NCBI GenBank assembly: GCA_023819145.1
Contig: JAMWCW010000001.1
Coordinates: 66,400 to 130,399 of the forward strand
Length of the DNA: 64,000 bases
Reading direction: 5' to 3'
Source: Candidatus Omnitrophota bacterium
GTDB lineage: Bacteria; Omnitrophota; Gorgyraeia; DTHP01
The notes under the pieces were generated by a model, which made no database searches, was not told the DNA's origin, and worked only from the letters and a program-made list of their open reading frames with translations. Below are positions 1 to 8,868 of the stretch, piece by piece (the stretch's first letter is position 1; each line of letters begins with the position of its first letter). A program made the translations under genes and the position numbers.

Positions 1-289
1 ATTAAGAAACCCGATGAAGTCTGGGAGTATGTATTTAACTGGAGTAAAGCGCGGGGCAAAATAACCCTTCAAGATAACCTTACGATGGGTCTTCCTTAGC
101 AATTCTTTCTTGTGAATTTTCTGTTGTTCCAGCCAGCACACATCCTTGACGATAGCCGATAATTGTGGTATCTTTAAAGAGGAAGCAATTGCAAGAATAA
201 AAATCTTGAATTGTTTTGTAAAAGTATACCCTGTTTGGGCGATTTTAAGCCGGTTATAAAATCTTTTTCTTAAAAATGGCTTAGCGGTG

Positions 290-1210
290 ATGAAATTTAG
301 AAGAATGAAAATGGGGCTTGTTTTATATTTTGCTGTGGTATGGTCTTTTCTATCCGGTAGCTATCTTATCTTACCTCAAAAGAGCCAAATTATCTACGAT
401 AGGCTAAGTGCACGTAGAGTAAAAAGTGACTCTCGTTCAGATTACAATCTTACTTATTGTGCTCCTCAGTATTTTATTGATGGGATTAAAGAATTTATCC
501 CACCCTCTTATTACCCTATTGCTTGGCGGTTATATGAACATTTACGAACAGGTTATAGGGGGGAGCTGCTTTCTTCCGATTTAAGAACTGCATTTATCCA
601 ACTATTTAAGTATCATGGTATTAGGTCAATATTAGATTTGGGTTGTGGGAGGGGTAATTTTTTGTTTATGCTTCAACCTCTCGCTAAGGAAGCGGGGATA
701 GAACTGGTTGGTGTAGATTTAGAATTATCTCAAGATGTTAAAGAGAAAATGAGCAGGCTTGGTATTGAATTTTACGAGGGCGATTCCGAGGATTTAAGCG
801 AATTGGTGGGCAGGAGAAAATTTGACATTATTGTTGCGGCAGGAGTATTGGGGCAAGCTCAAATTTCTCTTTCTAAAGAAAATCTATCGCAGGCCCAAAA
901 GCAAAGCACGCATATTGCTCTTGCGGCAGTAGATGCATTAAGTAGTAATCCTTACGCAGTGTTTATTACCGCTTCAATATTCTCTTTTTTGTTTTTAGAA
1001 CGCAGTAAATTGGAAGAGATGGGTATTAGAATCGTTTATTGGAATAATGAAGAGATGAGGGTGAGAGAAGAGACGAGCTGGGATTCCATAGATGACCGCA
1101 TACGTGTTTGGTATGGGGAGAGATATTACGGGGAAGATTGTCCAAGTATTGGATTCTACAACCTATGGAACCAAAGCGCCAATGTTGCGGTTATGCAAAA
1201 ACGAAGATAG
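290..1210 (+). CDS. SAM-dependent methyltransferase-like protein with N-terminal signal-anchor plus RR leader motif
   Basis: Motif I LDLGCGRGNF (Rossmann MTase); N-terminal hydrophobic stretch GLVLYFAVVWSFLSGSYLIL followed by LSARRVKSD; ORF track 287-1210, ATG at 290. Confidence 0.5.
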   Translation: MKFRRMKMGLVLYFAVVWSFLSGSYLILPQKSQIIYDRLSARRVKSDSRSDYNLTYCAPQYFIDGIKEFIPPSYYPIAWRLYEHLRTGYRGELLSSDLRTAFIQLFKYHGIRSILDLGCGRGNFLFMLQPLAKEAGIELVGVDLELSQDVKEKMSRLGIEFYEGDSEDLSELVGRRKFDIIVAAGVLGQAQISLSKENLSQAQKQSTHIALAAVDALSSNPYAVFITASIFSFLFLERSKLEEMGIRIVYWNNEEMRVREETSWDSIDDRIRVWYGERYYGEDCPSIGFYNLWNQSANVAVMQKRR

Positions 1211-1361
1211 AATCTAAAGGGAATTATTCTCTAAAAAAACATCTTAAATAGATTATGGCGTAGTTGCAGGGTTTTACTTAAAAAAAGTCTTCCCGACTAA
1301 CTGAGTTGTTGATAGTTCGTCTTTCTTAATTTTTGTTAAGATTAGAGGGGGGATTCTAACT

Positions 1362-2210
1362 TTATTTTTTGCCACGCTCGGCAAGGATTTTATCCCAGAC
1401 CTCTCTTTGATATTGAGTGAAAAGTTCGTAAAGTCTTGACTCTAAAACTTTTCTTTCCCCTTCTTCGCTCCATAGTCTATAACTTTCCGAACAGAGCTTA
1501 AAAGCAATCATTAAAAGCTCATATTTATAACCTAATACTTCTCTTAAACGCTGCTCCTCTTTTTTTAGAGATTCTTCTAATTTTTCGTAGTCAATATTTA
1601 TCGCTTCATAATCAATTAAATAACCATCCTCGCCGGTTTTAGGATTATAATTTTCTCCTTCAATCCAGTGTTTACCTACGCGTCCATCATCTGCTTGTAC
1701 TGTATCCCGCGTATAGTCTATACCCCAGCTTTTGAGCTTAGGTAAAAACGGGGGGAGGGGCCTATATTTTTCTGCTTCTCCTGTCCAGGGATTCTGTACC
1801 CATCCGGAAGGAGGAGAGTCTTCCCTTCCTTCTGCATATTGATAGATATAGCAACCATCTTGGTAAAGGGTAAGAATATAAGGGACGTTTCTTGCTGGCA
1901 CTTCTCCCGTTAAGAACCAGTATTCATTCAAAAGAGCGCAAATAAGATGAATTTTATCTCCCCCTTTTGACTTGGCAATTAACAATAAAGGAGGACTAAA
2001 TTTTACTCCTTTAAGTTCTTCTATCTCAATAAAATCAACCTGCCCAACGCGCCAATTATTTGCTGCTTCGCGTATTTCTTCGGTGGTGATAAACGAGGGA
2101 TGAGTTTTTATTCTGCGTAGAGAAGAATAAGAGAGAGGTTCTATAAAGATAAAAAGAGCGTTAAATAATAGACTAAGCAAAGATAAGAGTAATAAAATTC
2201 TTGTTCTCAT
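1362..2210 (-). CDS. hypothetical protein of the RR-leader family (signal peptide then SLRRIKTHP)
   Basis: ORF 1362-2276 minus; internal Met MRTRILLLLSLLSLLFNALFIFI (start codon complement at 2208-2210) gives a typical n-h signal region; motif LSYSSLRRIKTHPSF follows; divergent to the PGK gene. Confidence 0.4.
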   Translation of the reverse strand: MRTRILLLLSLLSLLFNALFIFIEPLSYSSLRRIKTHPSFITTEEIREAANNWRVGQVDFIEIEELKGVKFSPPLLLIAKSKGGDKIHLICALLNEYWFLTGEVPARNVPYILTLYQDGCYIYQYAEGREDSPPSGWVQNPWTGEAEKYRPLPPFLPKLKSWGIDYTRDTVQADDGRVGKHWIEGENYNPKTGEDGYLIDYEAINIDYEKLEESLKKEEQRLREVLGYKYELLMIAFKLCSESYRLWSEEGERKVLESRLYELFTQYQREVWDKILAERGKK

Positions 2211-2260
2211 TTTTCTTCCCTGAGAAAATATAACACCTAATTTACCTAGCGTCAAGGGAC

Positions 2261-2292
2261 ACTTGACGATTTGCAAAAAGCGTGTTATATTT
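2261..2292 (+). promoter_or_regulatory. sigma70-like promoter (cccTTGACG -17- TATATT), copy 1 of a duplicated 29-bp promoter
   Basis: TTGACG 2264-2269, 17-nt spacer, TATATT 2287-2292; identical 29-mer CTTGACGATTTGCAAAAAGCGTGTTATAT recurs at 3913-3943; lies inside the over-long ORF 2271-3785, arguing that ORF's first 43 codons are not translated. Confidence 0.5.
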
Positions 2293-2399
2293 TAAACGAA
2301 ACTAAAATTCCTTTATCTAAGGATGCGGTAACTAATCTTTCCTTTAAGCTTAAATTTAGAACCCCTATAATTAAATACATAAAGAAGGTGTTTATACAA

Positions 2400-3785
2400 A
2401 TGTTATTGGTGAGGTTATTTTTGCTATTTGTTTTTGGTTTAGATGTATTATTTAATTTTTCTTCTTATTTATCTTGCCATAATTTTCTCTACGCATTACG
2501 CAGAAGTAAGCAAAGTAATATTTTTAGCTTAGGAATTGGTTCAAAGAAGACTATCGATGATTTGGGAGATATTTATGGCAAGGTTGTTTTAGTGAGGGTA
2601 GATTTTAATGTGCCTATTAAAGATGGACTTGTTTTAGACACCTATCGCTTAGAAAGAGCAAAAGAGACAATAGAAAATTTAACTAAGCGTGGTGCGAAGG
2701 TAGTTTTGATGTTTCATTTAGGCCGACCCAAAGGAAAGATTGTTCAAGAATATAGGATAGAACCGGTAATTGCTAAGTTTAGTGAAATGTTAGGCAAAGA
2801 GATTAAAATAGGTCCAGATGCCGTAGTAGGTGATGAATTAAGGGAGTTGGTTAGCAAGATGAATCCGGGGGAGGTAATTTCTTTACAGAATTTGCGTTTT
2901 CATTCCGGAGAAGAAAAACAAGATGAAGCCTTTGCGGAGGCAATTCTTAATTACACGAGGGCAGAGATTTACGTAAATGATGGGTCTGCCAATATGCACG
3001 GTAGCGACCAAGTGTCTGAAACTATCTTACCTCTCTTAATGCAGAGAAGAGGGCTTCCGACGGTTTTAGGAAAATTGGTGGTAGAAGAGTTTGGAATTCT
3101 GGAAAATTTTGTTAAGGGTGGTATAGATTTAGCCTTGTTTGGCGGTTCAAAATTTGAAAAGATTGAATCTATAAAGAATTTAGTGTCTAGTGGAAGAGTA
3201 AAAACTGTTTTTCTCTCGGGAGCAATGGCACACTTGTTCCTTAAAGCCAAAGGATTTGAATTAGGAAAGTCTAAAATTGACACAGAACTCGTGAGTGAAG
3301 CAGAAGAGATACTTGCTTTAGCCGAAAAGCGTGGCGTACGCATTGTGCTTCCTGTGGATGTGCGTTTAGATGATGGAAGTTTATTAGTTATTGCTGATAA
3401 AAAAGGAAATAAAATTGCTGATATACCGCCAGAAAGAGCCATTTGGGATATTGGAATTATTACTTTAAAAATGCTCAAAGACATGATGGAGATGATTCCT
3501 TCTTCAGGAAGAATAATTAGTAACGGCACCGCAGGATGGTTAGAAAAAGGTTTTCCTTTTGACTGGGGAACAAATGATATAAATAGAATGTTGATAAATC
3601 ATCCTGCAGAAAAATTAATTTTAGGAGGAGAAGGAGCTTTTGCTGCTTTGAATATGTTGGCTGAATATCAGGGAACACCTGAGCAGTTTAATATGACCAT
3701 TCTTACTGCAGGAGGAGCAGCACTTGCTTATCTAGCAGAAAGAGCGGATGAGCTTACGCCTTTTAATTATATTGATACGAAGTGA
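2400..3785 (+). CDS. pgk: phosphoglycerate kinase paralogue with N-terminal signal-anchor plus RR leader
   Basis: KVVLVRVDFNVPIKDG, KVVLMFHLGRPKG, IYVNDGSANMHGS, RIVLPVDV, LILGGEGAFAALN match PGK signatures; start moved to ATG 2400 (RBS aaagaaggtg at 2381-2390) downstream of the promoter; N-term MLLVRLFLLFVFGLDVLF...FLYALRRSKQS; the WNGPxGVFE region is divergent. Confidence 0.8.
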   Translation: MLLVRLFLLFVFGLDVLFNFSSYLSCHNFLYALRRSKQSNIFSLGIGSKKTIDDLGDIYGKVVLVRVDFNVPIKDGLVLDTYRLERAKETIENLTKRGAKVVLMFHLGRPKGKIVQEYRIEPVIAKFSEMLGKEIKIGPDAVVGDELRELVSKMNPGEVISLQNLRFHSGEEKQDEAFAEAILNYTRAEIYVNDGSANMHGSDQVSETILPLLMQRRGLPTVLGKLVVEEFGILENFVKGGIDLALFGGSKFEKIESIKNLVSSGRVKTVFLSGAMAHLFLKAKGFELGKSKIDTELVSEAEEILALAEKRGVRIVLPVDVRLDDGSLLVIADKKGNKIADIPPERAIWDIGIITLKMLKDMMEMIPSSGRIISNGTAGWLEKGFPFDWGTNDINRMLINHPAEKLILGGEGAFAALNMLAEYQGTPEQFNMTILTAGGAALAYLAERADELTPFNYIDTK

Positions 3786-3905
3786 TAATGAGTCGTAATC
3801 CGTAAACCGTAATCGGTAATTTGTAATAAAAAATAACGAACTCAACGAAATAACCAACTAAACGAAAATAACGAAATTAACGAACACAACGAACAAAATA
3901 TCATC
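3786..3905. repeat. composite microsatellite: 5 tandem 7-mers (CCGTAAT-like) followed by about 7 AACGAA units at 8-9 nt period
   Basis: tcgtaat ccgtaaa ccgtaat cggtaat ttgtaat, then aacgaact caacgaaa taaccaac taaacgaa aataacgaa attaacgaa cacaacgaa read directly; a related element occurs at 39095-39180. Confidence 0.6.
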
Positions 3906-3912
3906 AACGCAG

Positions 3913-3944
3913 CCCTTGACGATTTGCAAAAAGCGTGTTATATC
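3913..3944 (+). promoter_or_regulatory. sigma70-like promoter, copy 2 of the duplicated 29-bp promoter
   Basis: TTGACG 3916-3921, 17-nt spacer, TATATC 3939-3944; identical to the 2261 copy over 29 nt; precedes the GAPDH-like gene with a ~245-nt leader. Confidence 0.5.
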
Positions 3945-4187
3945 TTAATGTAGAAGAGAGGTACTTTATAAAACTTAAATTTCAATATCATAAATTAACT
4001 TTCTAGAATAAAAAGATGAGAGATTTTAATTATTTCTTTCTATTGGAAAGTGAAAAAATAGTTTCTCATTCTAAAGGGTATCAAGCCCTGATTAAAGCAT
4101 TGGAGCATGGTTTTGAAGGATTAGACAAGGAAATAGCCAAGAGGTTAATAAATTCCTATTTATATTTAAATGAAAGGAGGGAATGTA

Positions 4188-6611
4188 ATGAAAGGTTCTA
4201 AAATAAAATTTTTCTTAGTTTCTTTTTTGGTGCTTTCTTTTAGTTTTGGTTTTTCTTTTTCCGGTGATTCTTCTTTTTTATTGAGAAGACTCAGAAGTGT
4301 TCCTGTAGGTTATTTACCATCTTCAGGGATAGAAGTGGTAGATGCATTAGATGGTATGGTGAAGGTAGAGATGATTTTGCCTCAAACTTTTGAAGAGAAT
4401 CCGGCGTTAGTTCCGACATTATCGGCTTTTTTTCGTGCTTTAAGCTATAACCGCGATATAGAAATCTCAGCGATTGTATCTCCTGTTTCTGCGGAAGAGT
4501 TGGCTAGAGCCATTCAGTCAAATTATGCGTTAGGTCCGTGGAGAGGGGTTAATGTAAGTGCTGAAGGAAACACCTTAATTATAAGAGGAATGGATACAGA
4601 GGTAAGAATACCTGTTTCTACAAGTTCTACAAGATCCACCGGCGGAGCCGATGTTTCTATCTGTCTAGGAGATGTCTCCCGTGCTCCTTCGATTCTTTCC
4701 GGGAAAAGAGCGCTTTATTTTCCTGTAGGAAGCATAACAACGCAAGAAGGAATAACTGCTTTACCTGGTTCTATTGGAGAATGGGATAGTGCGGTGGTTA
4801 ATGTTTCGGAACTTACAGGTTTAGCAATAGCTTTACAAGCTCTGAGAGAAGAATTAGGAGGTTTTGGGATGGTGGGTAGAATAGATGTATTTTGTCCGGA
4901 AGGGGATATGACTATTGTGCCTTCGGCAAAAGAAGCCGATGTTTCTGATTACCTTTCTTCTTTAGGGATAACCTCCCCGGGAATGAGAGTAACTCTTCAT
5001 ACCACAAAAATATCCGGAGATATCAAAGGAGCAAGACTGGTAGGAATAGTAATTACTTTTCCCAGTAAAGTTACCAAAGAAGATTTAATAAAAATATTTG
5101 AAGCGCATCCTTTATTAGGAGTTGCTCCTGAAAAAGATTCTACTTCGGCAATGTTTACCAACCCCTATGAGACAAAACTTTTTTATCTCAATACCGGTAA
5201 GACTGTGGTAGACGAGCTAAAAGATGGTTCTACCATGATAACTCTGCGTGGTTGGGTAGGGGATTATTCTTACGCAGGAATGATGATTTCTGCCATCACT
5301 GAGGTGGGACAGCGTTTGTCGGAGTTAGGTATTCTTTCTACCCAGAAGGCAAGTGTAATCTATCCGGCAGTAGAGCATCCTAAAGTTCAAGTTCTTGCTC
5401 AACCGAAGAGAGTTATGGTCAATGGGGGAGGAGGGAGAATTGGAGTAAATATTTTGAGAAGTCTTATCGGAGATCCTAATTTTGATGTGGTGGCGGTTAA
5501 CGGAGTGCGTAGTGCCGAAGCCTTGCGTCAGGGATTACTTTATGACGAAATACTAGGTCCTACGCGGGCGGTAATAGAAACCGGCAAGCAGAAGTTATTG
5601 GACGGGAGAGAGATAGAGTTTGTGACTATAAATGGCCATAAAATATATGTGTTTAATGCCCGTGAAGATGAAGAAGTGCGTCAACTTCCGTTAGGTGATT
5701 TGGGGATTGAGTATGTTTTAGAAGCAAGTGGCAATTATACTCAAACAAAGGATTTTGAACCTTTCTTTCAAGCAGGAGCTAAATATGGCTTTATCAGCGC
5801 TCCCGCAAAAGATAAAACTACTCCAGAGATTGTTCCCGGTGTAAATCCTGAAACTTTTGTAGCGATGGCAAGAGAAGGACTATCTCAAGTGGTTTCTTTT
5901 GGTTCATGTACTACAAATAATGCTGCTCCTGCCATAAGAGCAGTGCTTGATCTTTTAGAAGCAAGAGGATTGCAAGTAGAAGAGCAATTAGAAAAAGTCA
6001 CTTTAGAGACAGTTCATGCAGTAACCCAGACCCAAGCACATCTTTTACCAATTCAAATCAGAGACCCAAATAAAGAGCCTGAGAGAGCAAGAGCAGGAGC
6101 ACTTAATATTGTAGTTTCTAGTACTGGTGCAGCTAAAGTTATTCCTAAAATCATTGAAGAAATTGACAAAATGGAGGGAATAGCTTTGCGCGTGGGCAAT
6201 CCTAATGGTTCGGAATCGCAGATTTCTTTCTATTTAGATGGTAAATCGCCCGTGACCAAGGAAGAAATAGTTGCTTATTTACAAGAAAGAGCGAGAACTG
6301 ACCTCTTTAATATTTTAAGAGTAAATACTGGAGAAAAATTAGATTCCCTAGCGATAAACGGTTCAGATATTACTTCCATTGTGGAAGCTTCAACGGTGAA
6401 AGTTACTCCTCGTTATAATGATAAAGGAGAATATGTTGGCGATATGATCGTGCTTAATACTTGGTATGATAACGAATGGAGTTATACTCAACAGTACTTA
6501 AGGGGAATTATTATGTTTACCCTATTACTGGAGAACCCTGGTTTAACCCCCGAAGAACTCTTGGTGCGTAGTGACAGATTGGGTGTACATGCCTATGCTC
6601 CTATCCCATAG
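4188..6611 (+). CDS. glyceraldehyde-3-phosphate dehydrogenase-like protein: degenerate N-terminal GAPDH-like copy plus intact C-terminal GAPDH domain, with RR leader
   Basis: C-half: MVNGGGGRIGVNILR (NAD-binding GxGxxG), SCTTNNAAP (active-site SCTTNCLAP with second Cys replaced by Asn), NIVVSSTGAAKVIPKI, WYDNEWSYT all GAPDH hallmarks; N-half: LGPWRGVNVSAEGNTLIIRGMDTEVRI and TLRGWVGDYSYAGMMISAI echo the corresponding GAPDH segments but lack the catalytic motifs; start at ATG 4188 after RBS aaaggaggg; leader FLVSFLVLSFSFGFSFSG...FLLRRLRSVP. Confidence 0.75.
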   Translation: MKGSKIKFFLVSFLVLSFSFGFSFSGDSSFLLRRLRSVPVGYLPSSGIEVVDALDGMVKVEMILPQTFEENPALVPTLSAFFRALSYNRDIEISAIVSPVSAEELARAIQSNYALGPWRGVNVSAEGNTLIIRGMDTEVRIPVSTSSTRSTGGADVSICLGDVSRAPSILSGKRALYFPVGSITTQEGITALPGSIGEWDSAVVNVSELTGLAIALQALREELGGFGMVGRIDVFCPEGDMTIVPSAKEADVSDYLSSLGITSPGMRVTLHTTKISGDIKGARLVGIVITFPSKVTKEDLIKIFEAHPLLGVAPEKDSTSAMFTNPYETKLFYLNTGKTVVDELKDGSTMITLRGWVGDYSYAGMMISAITEVGQRLSELGILSTQKASVIYPAVEHPKVQVLAQPKRVMVNGGGGRIGVNILRSLIGDPNFDVVAVNGVRSAEALRQGLLYDEILGPTRAVIETGKQKLLDGREIEFVTINGHKIYVFNAREDEEVRQLPLGDLGIEYVLEASGNYTQTKDFEPFFQAGAKYGFISAPAKDKTTPEIVPGVNPETFVAMAREGLSQVVSFGSCTTNNAAPAIRAVLDLLEARGLQVEEQLEKVTLETVHAVTQTQAHLLPIQIRDPNKEPERARAGALNIVVSSTGAAKVIPKIIEEIDKMEGIALRVGNPNGSESQISFYLDGKSPVTKEEIVAYLQERARTDLFNILRVNTGEKLDSLAINGSDITSIVEASTVKVTPRYNDKGEYVGDMIVLNTWYDNEWSYTQQYLRGIIMFTLLLENPGLTPEELLVRSDRLGVHAYAPIP

Positions 6612-6644
6612 AAAATAAGATTTATTCTCGCAAAAGGAGGAATT

Positions 6645-8798
6645 ATGCGGATAAGCAATTTAGTAAGAGTTATTTTTATTTTCTTTTCTGTTCAATTTTC
6701 TCTCTTTTCTGGTGAACTCCGGAATGGAGTAATCTTAATTTCTCGTCGGGCTAAGAATCAAGAATTTTTAATAGTGTCTCCCTTTCAAAAATTACTCTCT
6801 CTTTTAGGAAACGGATTACAAACTGGTCTTAACTTTGATGAAGGGATAGAACTTTTTCGCCAGATAGAGAGATTGCGCTTGTCTGTGGAGGAAACAGAAG
6901 ATTTTTATTCTTTTATAGCGAATAATCTTGTTGATTTTTTGGTAGTTTCAGAAAGGTCAGGAATTAGAATTGACCTTCTTGATATTCGCGACCTTTTCTC
7001 GGCAGCACAGAACTATGCTTTGGGGATAAGAAGAGATGAGTTGGGATTAAATAGGGGAGGAAGGGCTCTTTTAAATAAGATGTTAAGTGTTAAAGATATA
7101 AAAATCATTGGTGAACAGCTTTTAGAAGCACTTGACTCCTCTTTTAACAATGGCAGGATTGATAAAGCTAATTACCTGAAATATAGAGAGCGTCTTGAAA
7201 TTATTACTCTGATGGCTGGACTCTGGGCAACTTCACCAGTGAGTTCTAAGAGTATGCTTAGAGCTTTAGAAGGAGGAAATACCGCCATTATGGCCGCAAA
7301 TACCCAGATGTCGGTAAGTATTCCCGGACTTATGCTTGCTTCTTTAGAATTTGGAGCTCCCCTTATGTTTGAATCGGCAATGAGTGAAGTCAACCTGCAA
7401 GACCCAAATGACCCTGCGAAAATAGCTATTGGTTATATCGGTAGAAATCCCCAGGAATTTGCGGAAGTAGTAAGATACTATGCCTTTCTTTTAGGTTACG
7501 ACCTGCCTTATGCCATTCATGCTGACCACACCACAGTAAGTAAAGATACAGCGGAGGCAATTGACTATGCTAAAAGACTTAATCAAGCACAATTATCTGC
7601 AGGATATACCTCTTTTGCTATTGATCCTTCATCTCTTCCCGCAGTGAGAGAAGATACCCAGTTAAAAACGCTCAATGCCATGGAGGTGGAAGAGTTCTTG
7701 AGGCTTGGTTTTGATGAAAGTTTAGCAAAAACTTTAGCCGCGCGAGAATTTAAAAAATTAAAAGAACTCTCTTCTATTGAAGGAATAGACGAGAGAAAGA
7801 TCAATATTCTGATGGACTATATTGAGTCACAGATTCTAGTTGCAGTTTTGAATAAAATGGGGTATGAAGATTTGATGAGCATTCCACGTATGCCTGGAAC
7901 TATTGCCCGTGCCATTGTAGAGAACGGTCCGTTTACTTCCTTGGAAGAGCTAAAAGAAATTGATGGGCTGGGTGATGATGATATTTTCTATATTGAGGGA
8001 ATAGACAATGCGGTTCTTTTGTTTGATTATTTAAAGGCTTACTTAGATTTAAAGCGGATTATTGAGATAAATATAGAATTAGCAAAATTTATTCCTGAAG
8101 AGTTTGGTTTAGAGGTGGAAGTTGGTCATATTGGAAGAGTTGATCCACTGACGGGAGAGGCGGTGATGACTACTCCTTTAGAAGCGGTAGTTTTGATTGA
8201 AGCATTACAAAGATTTGGGATAAAACCACAGCTTTTGGCGGTAAATAATGGAACAAAACACGGAATTGTCTTCATTGGGGGTAAAGAGGTTCCTACGACT
8301 GTAGATGTAAAAAGAACCGATGAAATAGCGAGCGCTATAAGACCTTTAGGAGTTTCCCTTGCTCAGCACGGAACTACTGGTACGCCTTTTGAGGTTATAA
8401 AAGATCAACTTGCGGGAAATATCCTTAAAGCCAATGTAGGAACCGAGTGGCGGAGAACTGTTTTAAGAAGCATGCCTTTGGATTTATTCTATAGAATGGT
8501 AGAGTGGACAGTGGAAGAAGAAAAAAGGAAAGCTCCAGAGAAATTTTCTGGACTTCTTCCGGTAAGAAGTTATACACGTGAACAACTGCTAAGTTCAGAG
8601 TGTCCTTACTATGCTTTAATTATTGATCCTATAAAACGGGCAATAGGAGTTTTTAGAGCTGAAATTGATAATATTTCTGGTGAGGATTTGGATTTAATTG
8701 TAGAAACAACCCGCGAAGTAGCAAGAGAGTATTTTACTGCTTTTAATGCTCTAGAGAAAGTTTGGAAGATTGTAAAGTATTTGGGTTGGGGATGGTGA
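6645..8798 (+). CDS. class II fructose-bisphosphate/tagatose-bisphosphate aldolase-like protein with inserted HhH motif and RR leader
   Basis: Zn-ligand-bearing motifs AIHADHTT, EVEVGHIG, AVNNGTKHGIVF, LAQHGTTGTP...ANVGTEW align to class II FBA (HTDH, ELG, GNVHG, FHGGSG); ComEA-like helix-hairpin-helix IPRMPGTIARAIVENGPFTSLEELKEIDGLGD inserted; leader VIFIFFSVQFSLFSG...ILISRRAKNQ; RBS aaaaggagg. Confidence 0.55.
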   Translation: MRISNLVRVIFIFFSVQFSLFSGELRNGVILISRRAKNQEFLIVSPFQKLLSLLGNGLQTGLNFDEGIELFRQIERLRLSVEETEDFYSFIANNLVDFLVVSERSGIRIDLLDIRDLFSAAQNYALGIRRDELGLNRGGRALLNKMLSVKDIKIIGEQLLEALDSSFNNGRIDKANYLKYRERLEIITLMAGLWATSPVSSKSMLRALEGGNTAIMAANTQMSVSIPGLMLASLEFGAPLMFESAMSEVNLQDPNDPAKIAIGYIGRNPQEFAEVVRYYAFLLGYDLPYAIHADHTTVSKDTAEAIDYAKRLNQAQLSAGYTSFAIDPSSLPAVREDTQLKTLNAMEVEEFLRLGFDESLAKTLAAREFKKLKELSSIEGIDERKINILMDYIESQILVAVLNKMGYEDLMSIPRMPGTIARAIVENGPFTSLEELKEIDGLGDDDIFYIEGIDNAVLLFDYLKAYLDLKRIIEINIELAKFIPEEFGLEVEVGHIGRVDPLTGEAVMTTPLEAVVLIEALQRFGIKPQLLAVNNGTKHGIVFIGGKEVPTTVDVKRTDEIASAIRPLGVSLAQHGTTGTPFEVIKDQLAGNILKANVGTEWRRTVLRSMPLDLFYRMVEWTVEEEKRKAPEKFSGLLPVRSYTREQLLSSECPYYALIIDPIKRAIGVFRAEIDNISGEDLDLIVETTREVAREYFTAFNALEKVWKIVKYLGWGW

Positions 8799-8868
8799 GA
8801 TCTTATAATTCTTCTTAGTAATTGAAGTTGTCTAAAAATTATTTGCTACTAAAGGAGGGATTGTAGAG

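Noticed and set aside
2271-2399. Long form of the PGK ORF starting at TTG 2271 (504 aa)
   Set aside because: The duplicated promoter (TTGACG 2264-2269, -10 ending at 2292) lies inside it. The internal ATG 2400 has an RBS and yields the same signal-anchor plus RR leader seen on neighbouring genes.
2969-3529. Minus-strand ORF nested in PGK. Similar nested antisense or off-frame ORFs occur at 7172-7804, 9204-9927, 11432-11623, 12982-13388, 13974-14803, 15763-15990, 16201-16470, 17116-17307, 19068-19889, 24838-27894, 31856-33205, 34442-34765, 35645-36244, 38650-39209, 39694-42219, 43349-43687, 44046-44255, 45492-45695, 47410-48233, 48814-49074, 49724-50569, 51176-51841, 52399-52869, 53762-54193, 54592-54840, 55408-56155, 56525-57178, 57187-57583, 59514-59714, 60110-60850, 62993-63490
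   Set aside because: All lie within, and opposite to or out of frame with, long ORFs that have strong motif support. They lack RBSs and have low-complexity or Ser/Pro/Leu-rich translations typical of shadow ORFs.
3786-3905. GTAAT/AACGAA arrays as a CRISPR array
   Set aside because: Units are 6-9 nt with 0-3-nt gaps. There are no 25-40-nt repeats or unique spacers and no cas genes.
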